Source: Myxococcota bacterium
GTDB taxonomy: Bacteria > Myxococcota_A > Polyangia > Polyangiales > Houyiibacteriaceae
Direction of reading: 5' to 3'
Assembly: GCA_020629955.1 (NCBI GenBank)
Contig: JAHDCI010000004.1
Coordinates: 11,868-75,867, forward strand
DNA: 64,000 nucleotides
The notes under the pieces were generated by a model, which saw only the letters and a list, made by a program, of their open reading frames with translations, searched no databases and had not been told where the DNA came from. Position 1 is the stretch's first letter. Each line of letters starts with the position of its first letter. The position numbers and the translations under genes were made by a program. This document shows positions 37,204 to 46,372 of this stretch, one piece after another.

Positions 37204-38900
37204 TCGACCACCGGAACGATCGGCCGGGTTCGCATGGGGACTGCCTCTTCCATCGGGCTTGGCTCGCTAACCATCGGAGAACGAGTGGCGCGGTTCATGC
37301 GCGAAGATCGAATGCGCCGCATTGGCGTCGGCGCCGGGGCTGCCGGTTCGAACGGAATCATCTCGGCGTGGAGCTCCACCTGGCGATCCGAGAGGCTTTC
37401 CGACAGCGTGTAGGGCTGGTAGCCCGAAGATTCGAGCAAGAAGATTCGCTGGGCGTCCTCTTCCGTTTGCGGGAACGCGCGGGTTAACGGCGTTGTTCCG
37501 TAGATCACGCCTCCACTGCTCACGGTCGCGCCACTTGGCTCGGACGTAATGGTTACCTGAACGAGAGCCTGAATCCGAGGTGCATCCGAGGAGGGCTCTG
37601 GCGCGCGCATCGACGACTCTGTTTGGGGGCTTGGCTGCGTCACCGGAATGGCAACGGGTTCCGGCGGCGCGGGGTCACCGCCGATCTGGAGCAAGAGCAC
37701 CAAGGCGAGCACGGCCAGAACAACGACCCCAAGCCCCATCAGGAGCATTCGCTGATCTTTGCCCTCCTCACGCTCTTCTTTGGGCGCAACGAAATCAAAG
37801 TCGGGGTTGTGATCGTAATCGGTCGGAGCGAGCGCCTCTTCGATACGTCGTTCTCGGACCGCCGAGTTCGAAGCGCTGGTCAGCTCGATATCGCCCGAGC
37901 CGAGGGTCATCGAGAGCGGGGCGGAGCGAGAGAGATCTCGTGAAGTGACGGGTGTTGCGGGGCCTTGCCGAAGGTCTCGAATCACATCGTCGACGCTCTG
38001 GTATCGGTCTTGCGGTTCCTTCTGCATGCACCGCTGGATAACCGCGTCGATCGCCGGATCGACCGGATGGTGTGCCCAGTCCGTTCCTTGAACAGCCTCC
38101 ATCAGGCTTGGAGGGTTGGCGTGGAGATGCTGCCGAAGCACCTCGATGCGCGTCGTACCGAGGAAGGGCGGCCTTCCTGTCGCGACTGTGAAGAGCAGCA
38201 CGCCGAGTGAGTAGATATCGGTGCGCGCATCGACCTCGCCGCCCAGGATTTGTTCGGGCGACATATAGCGCGGGGAGCCGAGCATGACGTCGCCTCCGGT
38301 CAGATCCCCGTCGAGCGCCGGCGCGAGCGGTTTGGCCTCGTCGTTAAAGAGCTTCACCAATCCGAAGTCGACGACCTTCACTTGGAGCTCGGGCTCGTCC
38401 TGTGAGGGAGAGAGTGTGTCGAGCAAGAAGACGTTCGCGGGCTTGAGATCTCGGTGCGCGAGACCGACGGCATGCGCGACGCGGAGGGCCCGGCAGATCT
38501 GCGTTCCGATCTCTCGAACCTCCGGAGGCGTAAAGGGCCCTGTGCGTTTGACGGCGGTGTTCAGCGGCAGCCCCTCAAGGAGCTCCATCGCCATAAAGAG
38601 TTCACCCGCTTCACTCTCGCCGTAGTCGTGCACGACGACGATATTCGGGTGATGAAGCCGAGCCGAGACCGATGCCTCGAGCATAAAGCGCTTCCGGAAT
38701 CCGTCGTCCGAGCCGCGCTTATTCTTCAGGACCTTGATCGCCACCGGACGGTCGAGTGTGAGCTGGGTCCCGCGATAGACCCGTCCCATCCCGCCCTCTG
38801 CGAGCATCGCGTCGAGGCGATAACGTCCCAAAAGCACCCGAGGAAGCTGTTCTTCTCCTCCCTCAGTGCCCCATGACGGTTTGAGCGATTGCTCGGGCAT
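37200..38900 (-). CDS. Ser/Thr protein kinase with TM segment and C-terminal PEGA domain
   Basis: The Hanks kinase motifs are present: GGMGRVY, AIK, HRDLKPANV, DFG and SPEQ. A TM helix follows, then the PEGA motif ITSEPSGATVSSGGVIYGTTP. Confidence 0.9.
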   Translation of the reverse strand: MPEQSLKPSWGTEGGEEQLPRVLLGRYRLDAMLAEGGMGRVYRGTQLTLDRPVAIKVLKNKRGSDDGFRKRFMLEASVSARLHHPNIVVVHDYGESEAGELFMAMELLEGLPLNTAVKRTGPFTPPEVREIGTQICRALRVAHAVGLAHRDLKPANVFLLDTLSPSQDEPELQVKVVDFGLVKLFNDEAKPLAPALDGDLTGGDVMLGSPRYMSPEQILGGEVDARTDIYSLGVLLFTVATGRPPFLGTTRIEVLRQHLHANPPSLMEAVQGTDWAHHPVDPAIDAVIQRCMQKEPQDRYQSVDDVIRDLRQGPATPVTSRDLSRSAPLSMTLGSGDIELTSASNSAVRERRIEEALAPTDYDHNPDFDFVAPKEEREEGKDQRMLLMGLGVVVLAVLALVLLLQIGGDPAPPEPVAIPVTQPSPQTESSMRAPEPSSDAPRIQALVQVTITSEPSGATVSSGGVIYGTTPLTRAFPQTEEDAQRIFLLESSGYQPYTLSESLSDRQVELHAEMIPFEPAAPAPTPMRRIRSSRMNRATRSPMVSEPSPMEEAVPMRTRPIVPVVD

Positions 38901-39120
38901 TACTACTCAAGAGACCGGGAAAATTGGGGTCTGTCAAGCTTTGGCGCGGGATCCGTGCACGGAATTCGAGACGCACTTCGGTTGCCGGGAACCATGAATC
39001 CAGACCGATGAAGATTGGCCCTCGCTGTCGCGAAATACGCGCGAAGGATCCATGTTTGGCGTTCTGCAGAGAGTTTTGAGAATATTGCGACTCGTACTTC
39101 CATTTAAAGTGCCATATTGT

Positions 39121-39362
39121 GCTCATTGGACCCGCTGCGCGCGCACTTTCTTACCTAAGTACCGCCACCTCCGGTCTCCTTTCAAAGACCGCCCACCATC
39201 GCCACGGACATAGCTCGGCGTCGCGGCGTGTTCGCTGTCGTTGCGGACTCGCTGCCAATCACCAAGCTCCGGAAAAGTTCTGGGTCCGAAACCTACGCGA
39301 TGGATCCTTCGCGCATCATTCTTATCGTCCGCTGCGCGCTTCAGTTTCGTAAAAAGTTTAGC
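39121..39362 (-). repeat. Copy C of the structured intergenic element (same orientation as, and 220 nt upstream of, the kinase gene)
   Basis: The reverse complement aligns with copies A and B with identical spacing. It carries the CCATC/GGTGG compensatory variant. The ATG of the mini-ORF is absent. Confidence 0.85.
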
Positions 39363-39601
39363 CCGGGATTCGTCGACGGTTCGGCAATGCGTCCATGGTT
39401 CACCTCGGCTCCGCATCCTGAAGGTTTCCAGCGTGTCGGAGCACTCAGTCCCGAAAGGGTCCGCGCAGCGAAAGACTGTGTCTACGTAGGGCAGTGAAAA
39501 TGGGCGCAGCGAGCCTCCAAGGTACCGCGTCAGGTGAAGGCAAGAGACTCGCGATCCGAAGCACGTCAAAATACGAAGCGGTCAACACCGGCGCCGTAAT
39601 G

Positions 39602-39635
39602 CCCCTATCGAAAAACCGACCCCTATCGAAAAACC
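39602..39635. repeat. Tandem direct repeat, 2 x CCCCTATCGAAAAACC (period 18)
   Basis: Exact 16-nt units at 39602-39617 and 39620-39635 in a long non-coding region. Confidence 0.8.
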
Positions 39636-39902
39636 AGCGGAGGAGAAGGTAGTAACGGAACGGCGCGCAACACGGCCGCTCGCTGCGCAGGCGCATATAG
39701 CGCCATGCGTAGAGCCAACTTTTACATCCGTTCTGGTGGACTCCTCACACCGAACGCACGCGTAGATCTACGTTCGATCGGCGCCTCATCCATCAAACGC
39801 CGCTCTCGCTCGGAGCGGATGGATGTCCGGTATCAACCCCTCAGAGGGCCTTCTTGAGATCGTCTCTGGCGCCCCGCCGTTGATCCGTTTGTCGCCACCC
39901 TG

Positions 39903-40838
39903 CTAGTACTGAATGAGCTCGCCCTGGAACTGATACGCGAGGCCGAAATAGGGGATCCCTTGGGCGACGTCTTGGCCCGTTCGGTAGCGATGCTGCAAAT
40001 GCCACTGCAGGACCAAAATCAGCTGACCGCGCTCGATCGTATCGCCCGGATCGTCGAAAAAGCGGAGCGCGGCAAGCAGGCCCAGGCGGTGAATCGCATT
40101 GCTCGGACGGGTGTCCGCATCCGGATCCGATTCTGAGGTTCCGATCGCAGTCGTGTGCGTCCAGCGAACGCCGGCAAAGAGAGAGCGTTCGCCGATCGGG
40201 ATCTGCGCAAGAACATCGAGGTCGTTCGTGAGCGCCCAACCCTCGTCCGGGATGATCATGTCCCAGACCGGCTCGTAGAACGCAGTATCGCCCGCGCGCT
40301 GCAGGTTAAAATCGCCACGCAGCGCCCGGAAGAGGTTCTGAACAACGAGCGGGCCGACCTGAATCTGCGCTTTCGCGCCAAGCGTCAAGAGGCTTCCGGT
40401 GGTTGCGTAGCCATCGAGTGCCGGGTCGTCCCCACGCTCGTTGATGGTGCTATCGCTATAGTCCGCGCTCAGTCGCGGAAAGGTGGCGAGCTGATTAAAC
40501 GTACCGAAGAAACCGGAGAACTCGTACTGGGCATAGAGCTTTAGGATGGTGAGCGGCTGGACTTCCGCGCGGATCCCAAGACGCGCCCATGCGGGAGTGA
40601 CTGCGGCCGTGACGCCAAGTCCGAAGTAGTTCTGAGCGCTGATATCTTCGCGACCGTTGTAGAGACGAAAGCGAAGATTCACCTGCGCAAAGTTCAGCAG
40701 CCCAAGCGGATTCACCCGAATCGCGGTCAGGTTGGAGTAGTTGAGCGAGAGGTCGGGCTGCCGGGGTACGTCGGCTCGAGCCGTGGTGGCGACCGAGAGG
40801 AGGGCCGCCAGAGCGACGGCGATTCGAACCTTTCTCAT
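39903..40838 (-). CDS. Probable outer-membrane beta-barrel protein
   Basis: The ATG at 40838 gives a signal peptide (MRKVRIAVALAALLSVATTARA). The sequence has alternating beta-strand character and ends in an aromatic residue (ELIQY). Confidence 0.6.
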   Translation of the reverse strand: MRKVRIAVALAALLSVATTARADVPRQPDLSLNYSNLTAIRVNPLGLLNFAQVNLRFRLYNGREDISAQNYFGLGVTAAVTPAWARLGIRAEVQPLTILKLYAQYEFSGFFGTFNQLATFPRLSADYSDSTINERGDDPALDGYATTGSLLTLGAKAQIQVGPLVVQNLFRALRGDFNLQRAGDTAFYEPVWDMIIPDEGWALTNDLDVLAQIPIGERSLFAGVRWTHTTAIGTSESDPDADTRPSNAIHRLGLLAALRFFDDPGDTIERGQLILVLQWHLQHRYRTGQDVAQGIPYFGLAYQFQGELIQY

Positions 40839-41836
40839 TCGTCCTCGTCGATACGCCGAATCCAATCGATATCGTCGCGCCTCGAGGGCGCGACATTGGC
40901 TTCTTCGTGCACAAGCGGTACGAGCACGCCATCGATATCGCCGGCCGCAACTTGGCAAGCGTCGATCTCACAAGCTTGAGGCATGCCGTCCGCTCGTAGG
41001 CAGGGACGAATGTAATTCAAGACAGCCATGTCATTGTCGAAGTTCGGACATGCTGTGCCGGAGTAGTTGAAGTGATACGTTCTCACGACTCCGCCGGCGT
41101 TGTTTAGTTCGTTCAACTCGATGAGGTAGTCCGCGGAGGGGTCCATAAAATCCGCGATCGCGTAGAGCTCAAGTGGGGCACCCCCCAAGCGTTCATTCCG
41201 CTGCTCCAAACGTGCGCGGCTCACCTGTGCGACCCCTGCAGGGACGCGTTCATCCCCGAGCCGAACATAGACACGTGTTTCGAACGGCCGACTCTCAGCA
41301 AGAAGACCTTCTTCACCAAAGCTCGCGATTGCGAGAGCAGCTTCTCCAAGGCGCTGGGTGTCCGCCGTGATGTCGTCGAAGAAGAGCTCGTGTACGAAGG
41401 GTGAAGCGCCGCTTTCACAAACGTCGTCGAGGCGCCATTGATGGTCGCCGGGGCCCGCCTCACCTTCGCTCGGAGGCGCGACAAGGTCGCCGTTGTTCGG
41501 ACCTTCGATGTCCGCGAAGAAGTTTACGTAGGGATATTCTTCGCTGATGCGGCCCGGCACCAAAGGGGCGTTGGAGTTCTGAATGTTGAACTCAACATCC
41601 GCGATCGCCGGCTCAAGACGAATTGCGAAGACCGGTCGTGATCGAGTGTCTCCACCCTGTGGAACCATCAACGTGGCGTGAAAATTATGGCCGGAGTTTT
41701 GATGCCCAGTGAACTGCCGGACACCGAACGCCAAATCGCAGCCTGGGTCCGCAGCGATATCTCCGGGGTTGGTGATCGACGTGCACGAACTGAGAAGCGT
41801 GACCAGAATCGCAAGAAGGGTTGCTGAACGTTGCAC
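40835..41836 (-). CDS. Lipoprotein, hypothetical
   Basis: GTG start and lipobox LLSSC. ATGA overlap with the downstream barrel gene. Confidence 0.6.
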   Translation of the reverse strand: MQRSATLLAILVTLLSSCTSITNPGDIAADPGCDLAFGVRQFTGHQNSGHNFHATLMVPQGGDTRSRPVFAIRLEPAIADVEFNIQNSNAPLVPGRISEEYPYVNFFADIEGPNNGDLVAPPSEGEAGPGDHQWRLDDVCESGASPFVHELFFDDITADTQRLGEAALAIASFGEEGLLAESRPFETRVYVRLGDERVPAGVAQVSRARLEQRNERLGGAPLELYAIADFMDPSADYLIELNELNNAGGVVRTYHFNYSGTACPNFDNDMAVLNYIRPCLRADGMPQACEIDACQVAAGDIDGVLVPLVHEEANVAPSRRDDIDWIRRIDEDE

Positions 41837-42807
41837 TAGAATTCACCTCGTACGCTGGCAGAGCAGCCGGCTGGACCACATCCAAAGGAGACGTTCGGCG
41901 CGCCGCCATCTTCGCTCATGTTCTTGCGGAGGGTAAAGAGCATGATGAGCCCCGTGACGGTGGTGATGCCACCTGCGACGAAGAGAACGTCCGAGGCGAT
42001 CGCTCGTCGGCGTCTTTCTCTGGCTCGGTCATCGGCTGGAAAGTCGGAAGCGCACCGCAGGCCCGATCCCTCAGGTGCTGACCCGGCGGAGCAGTTCTCT
42101 TCGATGACGCTCTGTGACTCAAGCGCCAAGATCCCCGCGGCGCCGGCGCCAACGAGCATGCCTGCACCGAGACCCATCACCGCCCATCCCGCGGGGTGGA
42201 CCCGATTTTCCGCCTCGTAGGCCCGCTGCCGTTGCTCTTCCGCGAGGCGAGCCTGTTCCTCCGCGCGAAGGCGCTCGGCCTCTCGTTCTGCGGCGAGCTG
42301 TCGCTCTCTCTCTTCAGCTTCCTCACGCTCTCGCGCCTCTTCTTCGTCGAGCTCTTCCAGTGTTGTGCGCATCGCCTCGTAGCGATGTTGCAGTCGCTCC
42401 GCGTCGTCGATCTCAGGGTTCGTCTCAAGATAGCGCCCGAGGACATTCACGGCGGCGCGAAGGTTTCCCGCGTCCCGGTACGCGAGATACGCGTTAAAGA
42501 GCATCGAGGGACGCTGGGAGAGCTCGTATGCGCCGAGCCATTCGCGTGCCGCCTCGTTGTAGCGACCCGAGTCGTAGAGGGCGCGGCCGACTTGGTATTG
42601 GGCCTGCGCTCGCTCGTCGTTGAGGTCATTGGTTCGGATCTGCCGAGGGTCGTAATCCTCGTCGCTCTCTTCCGGCGCCGCTTCTTCTGAAGAAACGGAT
42701 TCGCCAGTACTTTCAGTCGTCGAGGCCGTTTCTTCGCCGTTTTGTTGAGCAAGCGCAGTCGCTTGGGAGAGCGCGAGCAAGATTGTGCACGCCAAGATAT
42801 ATCGCAT
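41836..42807 (-). CDS. Secreted TPR / coiled-coil protein with C-terminal TM helices
   Basis: Signal peptide, TPR-like region, an EEAREREEAEERERQLAAEREAERLRAEEQ coiled coil, and two hydrophobic segments. Confidence 0.7.
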   Translation of the reverse strand: MRYILACTILLALSQATALAQQNGEETASTTESTGESVSSEEAAPEESDEDYDPRQIRTNDLNDERAQAQYQVGRALYDSGRYNEAAREWLGAYELSQRPSMLFNAYLAYRDAGNLRAAVNVLGRYLETNPEIDDAERLQHRYEAMRTTLEELDEEEAREREEAEERERQLAAEREAERLRAEEQARLAEEQRQRAYEAENRVHPAGWAVMGLGAGMLVGAGAAGILALESQSVIEENCSAGSAPEGSGLRCASDFPADDRARERRRRAIASDVLFVAGGITTVTGLIMLFTLRKNMSEDGGAPNVSFGCGPAGCSASVRGEF

Positions 42808-42976
42808 CCGAGGAGTGTAGCCTTGTCCTCACGATTTCATCAATTGCGCGACGCGTTCCCGCTCAGAGACTCTCTCGCCTTTTGACACGTTTGGTGAACG
42901 GCTTTCGCGGAAAACCGCTTTGGATACCGTTTCACGCGCGCTCATTTTCCGCTTCTTGGTCAATTTCATCGCGCCG

Positions 42977-43002
42977 AAAAAAAATCGCGAGCCTGCGCGC
43001 GT
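42977..43002 (-). terminator. Possible intrinsic terminator after the deacetylase gene
   Basis: On the minus strand, a short GC stem (CGCG-CAGGCT-CGCG) is followed by T8. The stem is weak. Confidence 0.4.
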
Positions 43003-43010
43003 GTGCGTGT

Positions 43011-43997
43011 TTATTCGCAGTAGATTTCAGCGGCTTCCCGAGCTTCCGTCTGGCGGCGTTCGAGCTCTTCGGCAGAGAAGGCTGCCGTCCGGGCGAAGTG
43101 CCCGCCGGGGGTACGTGCCTGATAGAAAGGTTGAAGGTCCTCTGAAAAGAGCCAGAGCTCCTCATCCGATTCCAGCAGTTCGCAGTTTCGCGCTCGGACA
43201 TGGGCAACGATCTCCGGGATCGCGCGTGCGGTCCATCGATGCGTATCGTGCAGAAGAACAATTCCGCCGGGTCGGTCCGTGTGCTCTCGGAAGCGAAGCG
43301 ATTCCTGAAACGCGCTGACGACCTCGTCCGCGCTTCGCGCGCTCGCGTCCCGTCCGGTCATATTCCACATGAACTGGGTGTAGCCGTGCTGATGAAGGAG
43401 CCGATCGGTGCGGGCGTTGCGGTGACCGAAGGGAGGGCGGAAGAGATGCGGCCGATCGCCGAGGACCTCTTCGAACACCTCTTCGGAACGGCGGAGCTGC
43501 TCGCGGATCGAGTCGTCATCAATTCGCGTGAAAGATGAGTGATCGTAGCTGTGCATGCCAAGGGTATGACCTTCTTCCGCGATACGCTTTACGAGCGCGG
43601 CTTTGCGACGACGATTCGCGGTGAAGGGATCGAACTGGCGAGCGACGACGAAGAAGGTCGCGTGCACGCCCGCGTCTCGGAGATGGCGCAAAACGGCCGG
43701 AGTGGTCTGGAGGTTGGGCCCGTCGTCAAACGTGAGGTGGAGGACTCGGTTGCGGTGCATCCCGCGTGAGACTCGGCCGTTTGTCATTCCGCTGGCGAGC
43801 GGGTCGCGAACTTCCTCATCCGTTTCCGGCTCGGACGATTCTTCGGTGATCGTCTCGGCGGCATACTCTTGGTCCGTTCGTGGGTCGGAAGCGCGCACGG
43901 GACCGCGGATTCCCGAGACCAAAAGCATGAGAGCGGTGAGCGCGATCATCTGCAAGCTGCGGGATTGGAAGATTCGCGTGGAAAGCAAGTCGTTCAT
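43011..43997 (-). CDS. Polysaccharide deacetylase (CE4 / NodB homology domain)
   Basis: The ATG at 43997 has a GGAGAG SD. LTFDDGP, HATFFV and HSYDH are NodB motifs. Confidence 0.85.
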   Translation of the reverse strand: MNDLLSTRIFQSRSLQMIALTALMLLVSGIRGPVRASDPRTDQEYAAETITEESSEPETDEEVRDPLASGMTNGRVSRGMHRNRVLHLTFDDGPNLQTTPAVLRHLRDAGVHATFFVVARQFDPFTANRRRKAALVKRIAEEGHTLGMHSYDHSSFTRIDDDSIREQLRRSEEVFEEVLGDRPHLFRPPFGHRNARTDRLLHQHGYTQFMWNMTGRDASARSADEVVSAFQESLRFREHTDRPGGIVLLHDTHRWTARAIPEIVAHVRARNCELLESDEELWLFSEDLQPFYQARTPGGHFARTAAFSAEELERRQTEAREAAEIYCE

Positions 43998-44196
43998 GCC
44001 GGCTCTCCTGAGCACGAAGCGGACCAGCTCGCGCGCTTCTGGGAATAGTGAACCGTTTGCGCCTTGTTTTACGTCACATTCCTCGCTGTCCGTGGATCTG
44101 GCGAGGGTGCGAGCCGTTCGCTTTTGACGCTCCGATTCCACACGGCTGTGTCTGTGTGGACATACGCGGGTCGCTCGTGAAACGCTTCCATATCGC

Positions 44197-44883
44197 ATGA
44201 AGCTTCGACAGCTCAGGGCGGAGCTACTCCGCGACCTTCAAGAATATGAAGACGCCGCGGCGGGCGAAAAGATGCGGACCTATATCAAATCCGAACTGCC
44301 GTGCCTGGGGGTCAAACGGCCGCAGATCCGCGCTATCTCAAAACGCTTCGTGAAGGATCGCGGGCTCGATCAAGAGACGATATCGACGCTCGCAGGCGAG
44401 GTCTTTCGGACGCCGCAGTTTCGCGATGAACGGCACGCTGCCATCGATCTACTCGCCCCCTTTCGCAAAACGATGCCCTCCGATGTTTTTCCTCTACTCG
44501 AAGAGATGATCGTGCTGGGTGCATGGTGGGACCTGGTCGATGAACTTGCGATCCACCACGTTGGACCTTTGCTCGAACGGCACCCTGAGGTGCTTACCCC
44601 GGCTCTCGAAAGATGGGCGGATGACGAGAACATTTGGAAACGTCGAACCGCGATCTTGGCGCAGCTGCAACGAAAACGTGGCTACGACCCCGCGCTTCAG
44701 ATCCGTCTGATGGCGCCAAGCGTGGAGCGAAAGGAATTCTGGTTACGAAAGGCGATCGGCTGGGCGCTTCGTCAGCGATCTCGTAAAGATCCGGAGTGGG
44801 TGCGTTCGGTGATCGACTCCGAGCTGGGCGCGCGGATGTCGAAGCTCTCCCGGAAGGAAGCCGTCAAGTACCTCTCCGAGTAG
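44197..44883 (+). CDS. DNA alkylation repair protein (AlkC/AlkD-like HEAT repeat)
   Basis: MRTYIKSELPCLGVKRPQIR..., WKRRTAILAQL and FWLRKAIGWALR are typical of this family. Confidence 0.8.
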   Translation: MKLRQLRAELLRDLQEYEDAAAGEKMRTYIKSELPCLGVKRPQIRAISKRFVKDRGLDQETISTLAGEVFRTPQFRDERHAAIDLLAPFRKTMPSDVFPLLEEMIVLGAWWDLVDELAIHHVGPLLERHPEVLTPALERWADDENIWKRRTAILAQLQRKRGYDPALQIRLMAPSVERKEFWLRKAIGWALRQRSRKDPEWVRSVIDSELGARMSKLSRKEAVKYLSE

Positions 44884-45015
44884 CTCGATCGTGTCTTTGC
44901 TTCGTGAAGATCGTGTCCCGGCACCCACGATGCAAACGGACGAGTTTCGAATATGTTGAATAATATCAAATGCTTGATTGATGTTACATGACTCGGAACC
45001 GTTCTTGCTCATTGA

Positions 45016-45585
45016 GTGGGCATGCAACGCTCTCTCGCCTCTTTTGCCCTCAGCGCCTTGGGAATTTTGCTCGCGATCGCTTGGTCGCTTGGGTTTACCC
45101 AAAGTGATGCCCGCGCTCTCGATGTGAGCCTCCGGATTTCGCCGAAGCGCACTCCGAAACTGGAGTCTATTGTGGACGCCGGCGCGAAGTCTGGCGGTGA
45201 TCCTAGCGCGTCTCTCGGCTTCGATACGGGCGCGATCTCGCCACGTCCCCTGGAGCTCGCAGTGCCGACATCGGCTTTCGCAGGTCGCTCTAGTGCGGAT
45301 GCAGCAGAGAGCGCTTGGCGTGGCGGTCGAAGGCGCGCTGCGGACCGTTTCGAGGTGCCCGATTTTGAGGAGATGACCCTCTCGGATGCGCGCCGTCTCG
45401 CGCGTCGACAGGGGATTCGTTTGCGTGCCTCCGACGAAGAAGGCCCGCTTCCGCGTCGCGGTCACGCCGGGCTGCGTGAGTACGTGATCGGGCAATCCGT
45501 AGAGGCGGGACGCGCGGTCGCGGGCAATACGATTGTGCGGCTCGAGGTGGAGCTGACCGACTGGGAATCGCTCAATGGATATTGA
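45016..45585 (+). CDS. Secreted protein with C-terminal PASTA-like domain
   Basis: Signal peptide. The C-terminal VPDFEEMTLSDARRLARRQGIRLR...VIGQSVEAGRAVAGNTIVRLEV is PASTA-like. The start is either GTG at 45016 or ATG at 45022. Confidence 0.55.
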   Translation: MGMQRSLASFALSALGILLAIAWSLGFTQSDARALDVSLRISPKRTPKLESIVDAGAKSGGDPSASLGFDTGAISPRPLELAVPTSAFAGRSSADAAESAWRGGRRRAADRFEVPDFEEMTLSDARRLARRQGIRLRASDEEGPLPRRGHAGLREYVIGQSVEAGRAVAGNTIVRLEVELTDWESLNGY

Positions 45586-46372
45586 GGCGCTGATCGTCCC
45601 TTTTTTGCTCGCGGGACTGATTCTCGCCCCCCTCGAACATCTCCATCACGACCGGCCTCGGATCACTCGAGAGGTTGCGCGGACGGACCTCTCCTTTGCG
45701 TTGATTGGAGGACTGCTCGTGCAGCTCGGGATGTGGCTCATCATCGGCTCCGGGCTCACCGCGCTCTATCGCCTTGCCCGCCCGCTTCATGCGCAGCTTC
45801 CGTGGTTTCGAGCCGATGGCTTCTTTCACGAAACGCTGATGATCTTCGCGGGGCTCATGATCTTCGAAGGGATGGGCTACGCGTATCACCGTCTCGCGCA
45901 TGCATCTTCCTGGCTCTACCGATTTCACGCGGTGCATCACTCCTCCCGCTCGCTCGGTTGGCTAGCGTCATTCCGCCAGCATCCGGTCGAGACTCTGCTG
46001 ATGACGGCGACCCAGAATATCCCGCTCGTGCTCCTCGGCCTTCCGATCGGAACGCACACAGCGCTTCTCCTCTTCTTGAAGCTCAATACTGCGTTTGTGC
46101 ATTCGAATATTCGGCTGCCTCGAGGACGCTGGGAGCGCGTGATTGCGAGTCCCCGCTTTCACCACGCGCATCATGACGCGCGGGGGAATGACACGAACTT
46201 CGCATCTCTTTTTCCCTGGATCGATTTGGCGTTCGGAACCTACTCCGATCGAAGCGCGACCCAGCTTGGCGACGGGTCCGCGCCGGCGAGTGGCTTTCTT
46301 CGCCTCATGCTCTTTCCAGTTACTGGCGTTCGTCGCGCGCGTAGAGGAGTAGACCCACGCGGAACTGGATGA
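45575..46372 (+). CDS. Fatty acid hydroxylase / sterol desaturase family membrane protein
   Basis: His boxes HRLAH, HAVHH and HHAHH, plus TM helices. Confidence 0.8.
   Translation: MDIEALIVPFLLAGLILAPLEHLHHDRPRITREVARTDLSFALIGGLLVQLGMWLIIGSGLTALYRLARPLHAQLPWFRADGFFHETLMIFAGLMIFEGMGYAYHRLAHASSWLYRFHAVHHSSRSLGWLASFRQHPVETLLMTATQNIPLVLLGLPIGTHTALLLFLKLNTAFVHSNIRLPRGRWERVIASPRFHHAHHDARGNDTNFASLFPWIDLAFGTYSDRSATQLGDGSAPASGFLRLMLFPVTGVRRARRGVDPRGTG

Noticed and set aside
46320-46372. 53-nt convergent overlap between the desaturase-family ORF and the small barrel-like ORF, considered as possible antisense regulation.
   Set aside because: The last ~25 aa of the desaturase ORF are Arg/Gly-rich and probably reflect a late stop codon or mis-set gene ends. 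There is no independent evidence for a functional overlap.
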